21,691 nucleotides of DNA from Armatimonadota bacterium (GCA_038248345.1 JBBRXO010000047.1:1-21691), one strand, 5' to 3'; positions 1 through 8,058 are shown, counted from the first letter of the stretch. Program-made: numbers and translations. Notes: a model not told the origin generated them from the letters alone.

Positions 1-1904
1 ATATGATTCCCCTGGGCATCCAGCCCTAAGATTCCTTCACCTGCCGAATTCAGAATCATATCGTTCTGGTGGCTCACGCGGGCCAGTTCCACTTGCACCC
101 GCTTGCGATTAGAGATGTCGTGGTAATTTATCAGTATTCCACTAATATCTGGATTATTAATGTTATTTACGGCCGTCAACTCAATCCATTTATAGCTGCC
201 ATCTTTGCATTTATACCGGTATTCGATCGTCCTGGAGAGATTGTCCGCCAGGAGCAATTTCCCAAATGCCCCTTGTATGCGCTCCAAATCATCCGGGTGG
301 ACAGTGTGCCAGCCTTCTTTGCCTACCAGATCTTCCGGTTTCCAGCCGAAGTGCTTCTCGATATTCTCACTCTTATATTTCATGATGCCATCAGTGCCAA
401 TAATGCCGATGACGTCACCGATATTGGCGAGCATGGCCGCATGTACCGCGATATTCTTCCGTAGCGCTTCCTCCGCCTGCTTGCGCTTGGTGATATCTTC
501 AAAGACAGTGGCGAATCTATCCGGGCCGGTGCAATAGATGGAGATGCGGAAGGATTTCCCCATCGGCACATAATCTGTCTCGAATTGGGTTGAGTTACCG
601 GTGGCGGCTACTTCTGCATACAACTTCAGGTACGGCGCCTCGGTGGCGCCATATATAACCGACGCTTTGTTCAGTTGTACATTCTCCGCTTTCAGCCCAG
701 TGATGGCTTCATAGGCGGGGTTAACGGTGAGTATCATATAGTCTGTTGCTGTCCCATTGGCATCGTAGAGCAATTGGTGTAGCGCCACACCTTCGTTCAT
801 GGAATCATACAGACCGCGGAATTTCTCCTCACTTTCGCGCAACTGCGTGCGCTGCTGATATTCCTCGGTTACATCGCGGAATACCAGTACCGCCCCGGTG
901 ATTCGGTCGCCTGACGTGCGGATAGGGGCGCAACTGTCGGCAATCTGGTACTCTACCCCATCTTTGGCGATGAGCACTGTGTGGTTGGCCAGCGCCACGA
1001 TCACGCCGTCGTGTAATGCCTGCGCTACCGGGTTAATTGCTATAGTGCGTGTCGCGGCGTGGACGATATTGAAGACCTCGGTCACCGCGTGCCCACTAGC
1101 GTCGGCTGTTGTCCAGCCGGTCAGCCGCTCCGCCACGGTATTGAGATGAGTTACCCTACCCGCAGCATCGGTAGTGATAACTCCGTCCCCGATAGAGTGC
1201 AGTGTAGCGGATAGATTCTCCTCGCTCGCACGCAGATCAATGCGTGACTGGGCGGCGAACATGCTCTCTGCCACCATCGCCAGTATCAGCAGAATCAACA
1301 CTGCGGGTAGTGCAGCACGGGATATAACACCCCTGCTCCAGGCACGAGCGTCAATATCCATCCCCAGTACCGCCACCAGTTTGCCGGTAGCGGGGTCATT
1401 CAGTGGCACCAGCGCCGACATCCAGGTTCCCCAGCGGTCGGTGTCTGGCCCGATAACTGCCGGAGTCTGGCTGTCGAAGACACTCCGAGTACCTTCCGTC
1501 ACCTCGGTAAAGACCTGGCCCGGCGGGGAGTAGTCCGGCGAACTGGTCGGCTCGGAATCCACAAAAAAGAACAACGTACCATCGTCTTTGCGCCCCATCA
1601 GATAGACAAAGCGACACTCTGCACTGGCTTGTTTAACCGCACTGAGTTGTTCTTTCAGGCGCAGGTAATCGGGGCGCGTCAGGTCATCATCACTGGCGGT
1701 GAGAGTTATAACGCGTTCAAGATTAACTGCACTCTCCGCTATCCGTGCGTGTTGCAGCAGCTCCGCACGCTGCTGCTTGCCAGCCATTTCCGCTGCCCAC
1801 CAGGTAGATAACACCCCCAGCAGAAGAAGCGCTATTACTACGATAATCATATAGCCTGGCAGGCCACGATTCCATTTTTTCTGATTCACCACATCCATCA
1901 GCAT
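1..1904 (-). CDS. Membrane sensor protein with extracytoplasmic Cache-like domain and at least four PAS domains (N-terminal part; output domain lies beyond the window start)
   Basis: Absent from the ORF track because it runs off the window; translated by hand in the segments read. ATG at 1904 follows GGGAGA. Sequence: MLMDVVNQKKWNRGLPGYMIIVVIALLLLGVLSTWW (TM1), then FVYLMG..FFVDSEP..YSPPG..DRWGTWMSALVPL, TM2, then PAS starts LHSIGDGVITTD, YDSMNEGVALH, LANIGDVIGII and MILNSAGEGILGLD. The last of these is in frame with the ATG. Confidence 0.88.
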   Translation of the reverse strand, partial: MLMDVVNQKKWNRGLPGYMIIVVIALLLLGVLSTWWAAEMAGKQQRAELLQHARIAESAVNLERVITLTASDDDLTRPDYLRLKEQLSAVKQASAECRFVYLMGRKDDGTLFFFVDSEPTSSPDYSPPGQVFTEVTEGTRSVFDSQTPAVIGPDTDRWGTWMSALVPLNDPATGKLVAVLGMDIDARAWSRGVISRAALPAVLILLILAMVAESMFAAQSRIDLRASEENLSATLHSIGDGVITTDAAGRVTHLNTVAERLTGWTTADASGHAVTEVFNIVHAATRTIAINPVAQALHDGVIVALANHTVLIAKDGVEYQIADSCAPIRTSGDRITGAVLVFRDVTEEYQQRTQLRESEEKFRGLYDSMNEGVALHQLLYDANGTATDYMILTVNPAYEAITGLKAENVQLNKASVIYGATEAPYLKLYAEVAATGNSTQFETDYVPMGKSFRISIYCTGPDRFATVFEDITKRKQAEEALRKNIAVHAAMLANIGDVIGIIGTDGIMKYKSENIEKHFGWKPEDLVGKEGWHTVHPDDLERIQGAFGKLLLADNLSRTIEYRYKCKDGSYKWIELTAVNNINNPDISGILINYHDISNRKRVQVELARVSHQNDMILNSAGEGILGLDAQGNH

Positions 1905-2149
1905 ATATTCTCCCGCCCTTAACCTCGCCACACCATGCGCATCTACATATATTCTACCGTAGCAAAACCATTATTACTAGCTTTTTTATTCCACATGAGT
2001 AGCGTCTATTCCCCAACGTTGGTTCTATTCACACCCAAAATGACTATTTTCCCTGCAAGCAAGCGTGGCATGGCAGCTGCCCCAATGCTATAATTCACAG
2101 GATACTAGGGTGGTCAGGATAGCAGGTAGAGGAATAAACGTCACCTGAG

Positions 2150-2362
2150 GTGATTGCAAAACCTCTTTCTCGCTGGGATTGAAATCCCGGCTGCAGGGCA
2201 TTAAAATGCCAGTCGTCCGCCTACGCGGACTTTTCTGGCCCAAACAAGTCCGCGAAGGCGGACGACCGGCACGACTTGTCCGCCGTAGCCAGGATGGTGA
2301 AGGAGGAAGTGCCCTGCAGCCGGGACTTTAGTCCCAGCATAATTATTGGGTTTTGAAATCAC
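2150..2362. mobile_element. MITE/REPIN-like non-autonomous element
   Basis: Terminal inverted repeats gtgattgcaaaacc (2150-2163) and ggttttgaaatcac (2349-2362) match at 13/14. Flanking direct repeat gtcacctga at 2140-2148 and 2363-2371. Nested internal palindromes: gctggga..tcccggctgcagggca / tgccctgcagccggga..tcccagc and gtcgtccgcc..gcggactt / aagtccgcg..ggcggacgac. Confidence 0.6.
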
Positions 2363-2394
2363 GTCACCTGATGATACTTCCCAGCTCTTTTTAT

Positions 2395-2476
2395 ATCGCG
2401 GTAGGGACTGCGGTTACCCGCAGCCCCCCGCACAAACCCCGGCGTCACTACCCTGCGTAGAGAAGGAGCCGGGGTT
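2395..2476 (-). other. Group II intron 3'-end (domain VI)-like remnant preceded by a hairpin
   Basis: The minus strand reads ...gccggggtttGTGCGGGGGGCTGCGG-GTAA-CCGCAGTCCCTACCGCGAT, which resembles the DV/DVI end of bacterial group II introns (TGTGCGGGGGGC..GNRA stem..TCCCTACCGCGAY). No RT ORF or intact DV is seen. Confidence 0.5.
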
Positions 2477-2505
2477 GGCGCCGGATCATCAGCCTGCCCC
2501 GCCAG

Positions 2506-3534
2506 CTAGAAGCTGGAGTAGTCAAGTCCTGTCGCCGCTGAAATCATGGCGAAGTAGTTCTCATCTGGTACATAGTCAGGTACGCTATTGCCGGTGCCGA
2601 GGGCGTAACCGCCGCCGGTGGCGCTGTGCTCCAGCATGGCTGCGGCGCGCGCATGCACTTCCGCCGGGGTGGAGCGGCAGACGAAGTCGAGATCGAGGCC
2701 ACCTAGAATGGCGATGCGATCATGATATCGCTCGTACATGGTCTCTACCGGGCAGATCTTATCCTCATATGAGTGCTTGCCGTCGTATTTACAGACGTCA
2801 ATGATGTCATCCATCACATCATCCAATCTGCCACATGAGTGCAGAATCGCCGGAACACCGGCAGCGTGAATCGCTTCCACGATCTTCGTGTGCCAGGGGA
2901 TAGGGTATTTGCGCATTAAATCAGGAGGGAGCATCGTCTGGGTGTTAAAGCCCCAGTCGTCGTTGGAGATCATCGCGCCGACACCACTTTGCTGGCCGCA
3001 CAGTTCGTAGTAACGTACCAGACGGGAGCCGACCTCATCGAAGATAGTCTGCAACAACTCGGGGTCGTCTGCGAGCATGAAACACATCCCCTCATAACCG
3101 GTGAGCTGCATCACATTTTCCAACACACCGCCCGGCCCAAAGACGGTCATTTTGGCGCCCGCCGGCAATTCACTGGCGAGGGTACTGATGGTGGAATAAT
3201 CGAAATCCTCGGGATTAAGCCAATTATACGCCGCAAAGCTCTCCCGATCTGTGATGACCGCCATGTCTTCCATCGAACGGCTCGCTTTGGTATCCACCTG
3301 CTTAGTGGGGAAACTAAACTGCGATCCGTGCATGTTCACATAGTCATAGCCGAGACGCATAAAAGCGCTGGCTGCCATGCGCCCCGATTCCAGCGGGCTC
3401 ATCTCCGGGCATAAGGGGATGCCGGAGACCTTGCTATACAAGGGGCCGTTAAGAAAAAATTCAAATAGTGTCGGGCGATCCGGCACTTCACGACGAAGTA
3501 CCTTGAGCAAGTTCTTGAAATTAGGTTCACGCAA
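2506..3534 (-). CDS. Uroporphyrinogen decarboxylase (URO-D/MtaA-CmuA-like) family protein
   Basis: 342 aa with family motifs NDDWGFNTQTML, ILHSCG, IAILGGLD and GYALGTGNSVP. AGGAG lies upstream of a TTG start. Probably a URO-D-like paralog rather than true HemE. Confidence 0.85.
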   Translation of the reverse strand: MREPNFKNLLKVLRREVPDRPTLFEFFLNGPLYSKVSGIPLCPEMSPLESGRMAASAFMRLGYDYVNMHGSQFSFPTKQVDTKASRSMEDMAVITDRESFAAYNWLNPEDFDYSTISTLASELPAGAKMTVFGPGGVLENVMQLTGYEGMCFMLADDPELLQTIFDEVGSRLVRYYELCGQQSGVGAMISNDDWGFNTQTMLPPDLMRKYPIPWHTKIVEAIHAAGVPAILHSCGRLDDVMDDIIDVCKYDGKHSYEDKICPVETMYERYHDRIAILGGLDLDFVCRSTPAEVHARAAAMLEHSATGGGYALGTGNSVPDYVPDENYFAMISAATGLDYSSF

Positions 3535-3614
3535 AAAAATATTATCTCCTGAAGGCTATCAGCTGTTATCACAGCTCCAGCCAATATATTACAGATTTAT
3601 GTGGGAAATGGAAA

Positions 3615-3709
3615 TAGGGGCACATGGCATGTGCCCTCAATACAGGCTATGGGAGACATGACCAATTGAAGGTATGGTTACCACGTGGGCACAAGCCTTG
3701 TGCCCCTAC
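3615..3709. repeat. GTAG-type REP doublet (REPIN)
   Basis: taggggcacatggcatgtgccct ... gtgggcacaagccttgtgcccctac; an inverted homolog with a related spacer lies at 20228-20323. Confidence 0.75.
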
Positions 3710-4335
3710 TATGCGATATCGTAGTACATCTCCCCATTCCGAACCTGTGCCATAGAAGACAATATGTGGGGGCGGCATTGGTTTCGGCTGATGATATCCT
3801 GCACGTTGACACAACGGATGGTGAGGGCATCGGCGATGAGTGAACGGTGGCAGCGCCAGGGCAGGGCCTCGGCGCACATGATCACCGTCTTTCCTGTGCT
3901 TGACAGGGCGATGAGCTGATCCAGCGCGATGTGAAAAGCGGGGGTAAGCATATAATCGGCATAGCCCCGGAATGAGGCGTTGCGCCAGCCGGTGTTAGGC
4001 GAGTCCAGGCGTGCGTGGCGCAGGCCACCCAAATCCTTGAGGTGGTAGTAGCTGAGTTGCACCTCGGCGAGTGACCGCCGGAGCGTCTCGATATTATATT
4101 GCGGGTTCCGCGCATATCCCGGTATAGTGCGCACATCCACCAGTTGCTGTATGGCGTGCGACTGCAACATGGTGATGAATTCCGCAATCGTCCGGGTGGA
4201 GTGGCCGATGGTATAGATCACGAGGGGACTGCCTCCTGCAGACCCCTCTTCATCTGTGGCCACCGCCAGATCACGCGGTGCATGCATCAGGCCATGCTGC
4301 GAATCTTCCTCTTGCTCACCGCCGCTTTTAATCAA
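3709..4335 (-). CDS. DUF488 family protein
   Basis: Motifs IYTIGHSTR, LVDVRTIP, LGGLR, WRNASFRGYADYM and MCAEALPWRCHRSLIAD. The true start may be downstream of 4335. Confidence 0.88.
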   Translation of the reverse strand: MIKSGGEQEEDSQHGLMHAPRDLAVATDEEGSAGGSPLVIYTIGHSTRTIAEFITMLQSHAIQQLVDVRTIPGYARNPQYNIETLRRSLAEVQLSYYHLKDLGGLRHARLDSPNTGWRNASFRGYADYMLTPAFHIALDQLIALSSTGKTVIMCAEALPWRCHRSLIADALTIRCVNVQDIISRNQCRPHILSSMAQVRNGEMYYDIA

Positions 4336-4513
4336 TGATTATCGCGGCGACGGGACATTCATCGGCGGCTTGCTGGCAGGTATCCTCGGCTGCTATGGGT
4401 ACCGGATCAGCGATGACGATGGCTTTGTCGCCATCCATCTCAAAGACTTCCAGGCAAGTATCGACGCACAACTCACAGCCGATGCAGGTGTCTTTATCTA
4501 CTTGTGCTTTCAT
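4328..4513 (-). CDS. Single-cluster ferredoxin
   Basis: 61 aa with CIGCELC...CPVAAI; strong RBS (AGGAGG) upstream. Confidence 0.92.
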   Translation of the reverse strand: MKAQVDKDTCIGCELCVDTCLEVFEMDGDKAIVIADPVPIAAEDTCQQAADECPVAAIIID

Positions 4514-4547
4514 AGAACCTCCTTTTTGAAGTAACTTGTCGGCAAGA

Positions 4548-4838
4548 TTACCGGCACTCGAAAGTGCTGCAATCCGCGTGTTCCGCGTGGCAGCCGACGG
4601 AAATCTCTGCAGCGCTGCAGGTCAGATCGGAGTTGTGTTTGCATATGCTGGTATGGCACGCGCCCACTCCGCTGGCTCCCGAACAATCAATATGATTGGC
4701 GCGCGAGATGAAAGTATCGCATCGGGGATGCGTCTCTCCTCCGACGGTGATCGCCGGAACATGACATTGCATGTCGCTGTTGTAGAAGCACTCACTGACT
4801 TCACATTTTGCGACTTTCGGCATTTGATGACAACTCAT
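4548..4838 (-). CDS. DUF1540 domain-containing Cys-rich protein (two repeats)
   Basis: Two repeats, CEVSECFYN..C..AITVG..CDTF and CHTSICKHN..C..EISVG..CSTF; RBS AAGGGG. Confidence 0.8.
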   Translation of the reverse strand: MSCHQMPKVAKCEVSECFYNSDMQCHVPAITVGGETHPRCDTFISRANHIDCSGASGVGACHTSICKHNSDLTCSAAEISVGCHAEHADCSTFECR

Positions 4839-5242
4839 AGTTTTTCCCCTTTAGCAGCGTCTGCGTCTCCGCTTCGGGCTATTATATATCCACAAAGGAT
4901 AAGCCCGGCTACTTCCATTGCTGAAAATACCTTACCTGCAAGTAAATGTAAATAGATTGCGAGTGACAAAAGGGATGAAGCTACTCTCATTGTAGCAATC
5001 ATAATACATTGATTTAAAATATATTGACTATTCAAGTTATGGTGATATTTGACTCTTTGTGTTACGCATAATACAATCACACCTTTATTGTCTATATTGT
5101 CTATTGCTACTACATTCAACCATCGAAATTGGGTGTAAATTAAAAGCAGAGAAATACTTGCGCTATACAGGGCGGTTAAAATTTGCTTGGCCGCCCCAAG
5201 TAAAAAAATGGACCGTCCGAGAGGACAAAGGAGGAGAATATC

Positions 5243-5389
5243 ATGTTGTGGGCAGTTGTCGCTATTCTGGTAGTTCTGTGGCTACTCGGGTTTATCACTC
5301 AAGTCGGCGGAGGGTTGATTCACATCCTGCTCGTCATCGCGTTGATTGTGTTTATCGTGAACATGCTGACGAGTAGACGTTCTTCTTGA
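5243..5389 (+). CDS. lmo0937-family (DUF5670-like) small membrane protein, copy 1
   Basis: Below the ORF-track size cutoff. MLWAVVAILVVLWLLGFITQVGGGLIHILLVIALIVFIVNMLTSRRSS* (48 aa); RBS AAGGAGG. Confidence 0.88.
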   Translation: MLWAVVAILVVLWLLGFITQVGGGLIHILLVIALIVFIVNMLTSRRSS

Positions 5390-5408
5390 CGTTGATACCA
5401 CATCGAAA

Positions 5409-5479
5409 TGTACATCCGCAATAGAGCGGCTGTATTTGACCGCTGCAAGGCGGTGATCTGGCGGCGCTGCCGTTTGATC
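5409..5479 (+). promoter_or_regulatory. Putative structured RNA element (three hairpins), copy 1
   Basis: tacatccgc/gcggctgta; accgct-GCAA-ggcggt; gatc.ggcggc/gccgtt.gatc. Stems are conserved and loops differ relative to copy 2. Confidence 0.5.
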
Positions 5480-5504
5480 GAATTAGTAATCTGGAAGAAA
5501 AAAA

Positions 5505-5936
5505 ATGAGTCCTATTGTATACCGAAACATAGTTTACCGTGACGATGGAAGCCTTGCCTGGGGAACACTGGCAGTGGTGGTTGGGGCATTTTTTGTGCTG
5601 CTACTGGTGGGGTATTTTGCCTGGTTCCTGCCCTCGCAGCAGGTAATGGTGGCACCTCCAACTACCATCATTAACACGCCCAACACACCTGCTCCTCAAG
5701 TGATACCCGCACCTGCAGCTGCACCTGCTCCCGCACCCATCATCATCAATACACCTGCACCCGCTCCTGGGCCTGCTGGTGCACCCGGAGCGACAGGTGC
5801 CACTGGCGCAACCGGTTCGACTGGCTCGACCGGGCAGTCCGGCTCTCCGGGCGCAACCGGAGCGACTGGGTCTACTGGCTCTACTGGCTCTACCGGCAAA
5901 ACCGGAGCTCCGGCCCCTAACGCCGCGCCGAGATAG
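5505..5936 (+). CDS. Membrane-anchored Pro/Ala-rich collagen-like protein, copy 1
   Basis: N-terminal TM helix, Pro/Ala/Thr linker with IINTP repeats, and 16 contiguous Gly-X-Y triplets, mostly GAT/GST. Confidence 0.82.
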   Translation: MSPIVYRNIVYRDDGSLAWGTLAVVVGAFFVLLLVGYFAWFLPSQQVMVAPPTTIINTPNTPAPQVIPAPAAAPAPAPIIINTPAPAPGPAGAPGATGATGATGSTGSTGQSGSPGATGATGSTGSTGSTGKTGAPAPNAAPR

Positions 5937-6248
5937 CAAACGAAGCAGTTAGGTCACCTTATCCCCCAGCCCCCTCCTCTAGGACGGAAGGAGCTGGGGG
6001 TCAGGTTCAACAAGCGCATACATTTATTTATAGTATGCTTACTAATTTGGTTATGGCCATATTTTACTCTTTGTATGGCGCACAATACAACCGCACACAA
6101 ATATCTATATTGTCGATTGTTGCTACATACGCTGAGAAGGATAAGGTGTACATTAAATGCGAAGAGAGACTGTTTCCATATGGGGCGGTTCCACTTTGGG
6201 ATCGCCCCAGAAAATTTGGGGGGCAGTCGGAAAGAATGAGGTGTTATT

Positions 6249-6401
6249 ATGTTGTGGACAGTTGTCGCAATTCTAGTGGTTCTGTGGCTGGTTGGGTTAT
6301 TAACCTCGACCACTTTCGGAGGGCTGATTCATCTGTTGCTCGTCATCGCGTTGATTGTGTTTATCGTCAATATGCTGACGAACCGACGTAGTGCGCTATA
6401 A
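6249..6401 (+). CDS. lmo0937-family small membrane protein, copy 2
   Basis: MLWTVVAILVVLWLVGLLTSTTFGGLIHLLLVIALIVFIVNMLTNRRSAL* (50 aa); RBS GAGGTG. Confidence 0.88.
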   Translation: MLWTVVAILVVLWLVGLLTSTTFGGLIHLLLVIALIVFIVNMLTNRRSAL

Positions 6402-6417
6402 ACGTGCTGCACTGCAT

Positions 6418-6488
6418 TGTACATCCGCGACATTGCGGGTGTATTTGACCGCTGCAAGGCGGTGATCCAGCGGCAACGCCGTTTGATC
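6418..6488 (+). promoter_or_regulatory. Putative structured RNA element (three hairpins), copy 2
   Basis: tacatccgc/gcgggtgta; accgct-GCAA-ggcggt; gatc.agcggc/gccgtt.gatc. Confidence 0.5.
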
Positions 6489-6511
6489 ATAAATCTGGAG
6501 AAGGAGTTACT

Positions 6512-6883
6512 ATGAGTCCACTTGTAGATCAAAACATCGTCACTCGCGACGATAGCAACGGAGTATGGGGTACATTAGTGGTGGTAATAGTGGTAGTTTT
6601 TGCACTGTTACTGATTGGCTATTTTGCATGGTACCAACCATCGCAACAGGTTACACCGCAAACTACCATTATTAACACGCCCAACACACCTGCGCCTGCA
6701 GCTGCGCCTGCAACTGCGCCTGCACCCATCAACATCATCAATACGCCCACACCCGCTCCTGGGCCAGCTGGCGCTCCGGGTGCCACTGGCGCGACCGGTG
6801 AATCCGGCTCCCCAGGCGCAACCGGGGCGACCGGGTCTACCGGCAAAACCGGAGCTCCGGCTCCTAACGCCGCTCCGAAATAG
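6512..6883 (+). CDS. Membrane-anchored collagen-like protein, copy 2
   Basis: Paralog of 5505-5936 with 11 Gly-X-Y triplets; RBS AAGGAG. Confidence 0.82.
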   Translation: MSPLVDQNIVTRDDSNGVWGTLVVVIVVVFALLLIGYFAWYQPSQQVTPQTTIINTPNTPAPAAAPATAPAPINIINTPTPAPGPAGAPGATGATGESGSPGATGATGSTGKTGAPAPNAAPK

Positions 6884-6938
6884 CAAACGAAACAGTTCAG
6901 TCACCTAACCCACGCCCCCATTCATGGGGCGCATGACC

Positions 6939-7100
6939 GTAGCCCCGGTATTTATGCCGGGGCTACGCGGAGCGGGCTACCGCTATCGTTTTAATTCACA
7001 GGATATAAGGATAATAAGGATAAAAGGGCTGGAAAAAATTCTCACACGGAGTTTATTCCATTACCTGCTATCCTGACCATCTGCTAGCCTGTGAATTAAA
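6939..7100. repeat. REP-like palindromes
   Basis: gtagccccggtatttatgccggggctac at 6939-6966 has a relative near 17856-17875. A 13-bp inverted repeat, tttaattcacagg (6990-7002) / cctgtgaattaaa (7088-7100), has a right arm region homologous (inverted) to 2091-2139. Confidence 0.65.
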
Positions 7101-7198
7101 GCATTGGGGCAGGATGCCATGACACGATTGCATGCAGGACAGATCCTGAATCAACAATATTTCGTGCCTTTTCCCCCTTTTCGTGGTAAAATCCCCCT

Positions 7199-7969
7199 AT
7201 GTATGAGGAAATTGAGGCGGATATTGTGGCGCTGGACCTGGAGACCACCGGGTTATCTCCGCGGCACGACCGGATTGTGGAGTTCGCCGCCGTGCGCTGG
7301 CGTGCGGGGGTGGAGGTGGCCAGTTTTCAGTCGCTCTGCCACCCGGGGCGGCACATCCCCGACGGGGTGATCCGTGTGCATGGTATCACCAACGAAATGG
7401 TGGCCGACGCGCCGTCGGTGGCGCAGGTATTGCCGGATTTCCTCGACTTCTGCGCCCAGGCCGATGTGGTAGTGGCGCACAACGCCCCGTTTGATATGGG
7501 TTTCATCCGCGCCGCCTGCGCGAGTGCCGGGCTGGAATGCTTCGATGTGCCGGTGGAGGACAGTTGCAATCTGGCGCGGCACAACTTGCCCGGCAGCCCC
7601 AGCTACAGCCTCACCACGCTGAAGCGGCTGCTCAACATCGACACCGGCCGCGCCCACCGCGCGCTGGAGGACGCCCGCGCCTGCCTCTACGTCTACCTGC
7701 ACTGCCTCAACCACACCCCCCTGCCCATAGGCCGCCTCCGCGAGTTGAACCACCTCCCCGCGCACCTGTCATTGCTAGAAGAGGCGTTGAATACCGGCAC
7801 CGTGGTGATGATCGAATACCGCGACACCCGCGGCATCCCCAGCAGCCGCGCCATCCAGCCGATGTCGGTGCAAGGCGGGGCAGTAGTAGCCCACTGCCAC
7901 CTACGCGGCGAACTCCGCCACTTCACCATGGTGCGGATCGAGCGGGTTTGGCGGGTGGAGGAGGAATGA
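7199..7969 (+). CDS. DEDDh 3'-5' exonuclease (DnaQ/PolC-type) with C-terminal WYL-like domain
   Basis: ExoI ALDLETTG, ExoII VAHNAPFD, ExoIII HRALEDA. The C-terminus IEYRD...RAIQP...VAHCHLRGELRHFTMVRI matches the WYL pattern. Confidence 0.85.
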   Translation: MYEEIEADIVALDLETTGLSPRHDRIVEFAAVRWRAGVEVASFQSLCHPGRHIPDGVIRVHGITNEMVADAPSVAQVLPDFLDFCAQADVVVAHNAPFDMGFIRAACASAGLECFDVPVEDSCNLARHNLPGSPSYSLTTLKRLLNIDTGRAHRALEDARACLYVYLHCLNHTPLPIGRLRELNHLPAHLSLLEEALNTGTVVMIEYRDTRGIPSSRAIQPMSVQGGAVVAHCHLRGELRHFTMVRIERVWRVEEE

Positions 7970-8058
7970 GGGGGTATAGCTCTTGTAGAGGCACATGAAT
8001 GGGCAGAGAATACGTAATGTTTAATCGGGGACTGTCCTCTCCCAGTCTTAGGTTTATC

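Larger units (their letters stand above)
5004..5959 (+). repeat. Tandem duplication unit, copy 1
   Basis: Alignable by eye with 6018-6906 from atacatt through gtcacct, covering the upstream region, two genes and the intergenic hairpins. Confidence 0.88.
6018..6906 (+). repeat. Tandem duplication unit, copy 2
   Basis: Diverged copy of 5004-5959. Confidence 0.88.

Noticed and set aside
69..1811. Several plus-strand ORFs in the ORF track
   Set aside because: All lie antisense to the long PAS sensor gene, which the track missed because it has no stop within the window.
2506..3534. Assignment as hemE
   Set aside because: It lacks the N-terminal W.MRQAGR motif of true HemE; only family-level similarity is supported.
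4835..5376. ORFs 4835-5119 (-) and 5059-5376 (+), and counterparts 5954-6313 and 6035-6391
   Set aside because: They cross AT-rich promoter DNA or overlap the lmo0937-like genes in another frame, and show no recognisable family motifs.
5770..5910. Short near-tandem 9-nt repeats as a CRISPR array or VNTR
   Set aside because: They are Gly-X-Thr codons of the collagen-like ORF; there are no spacers and no cas genes.
7199..7969. Assignment as dnaQ
   Set aside because: The C-terminus is WYL-like rather than the alpha-subunit-binding tail, so no symbol is given.
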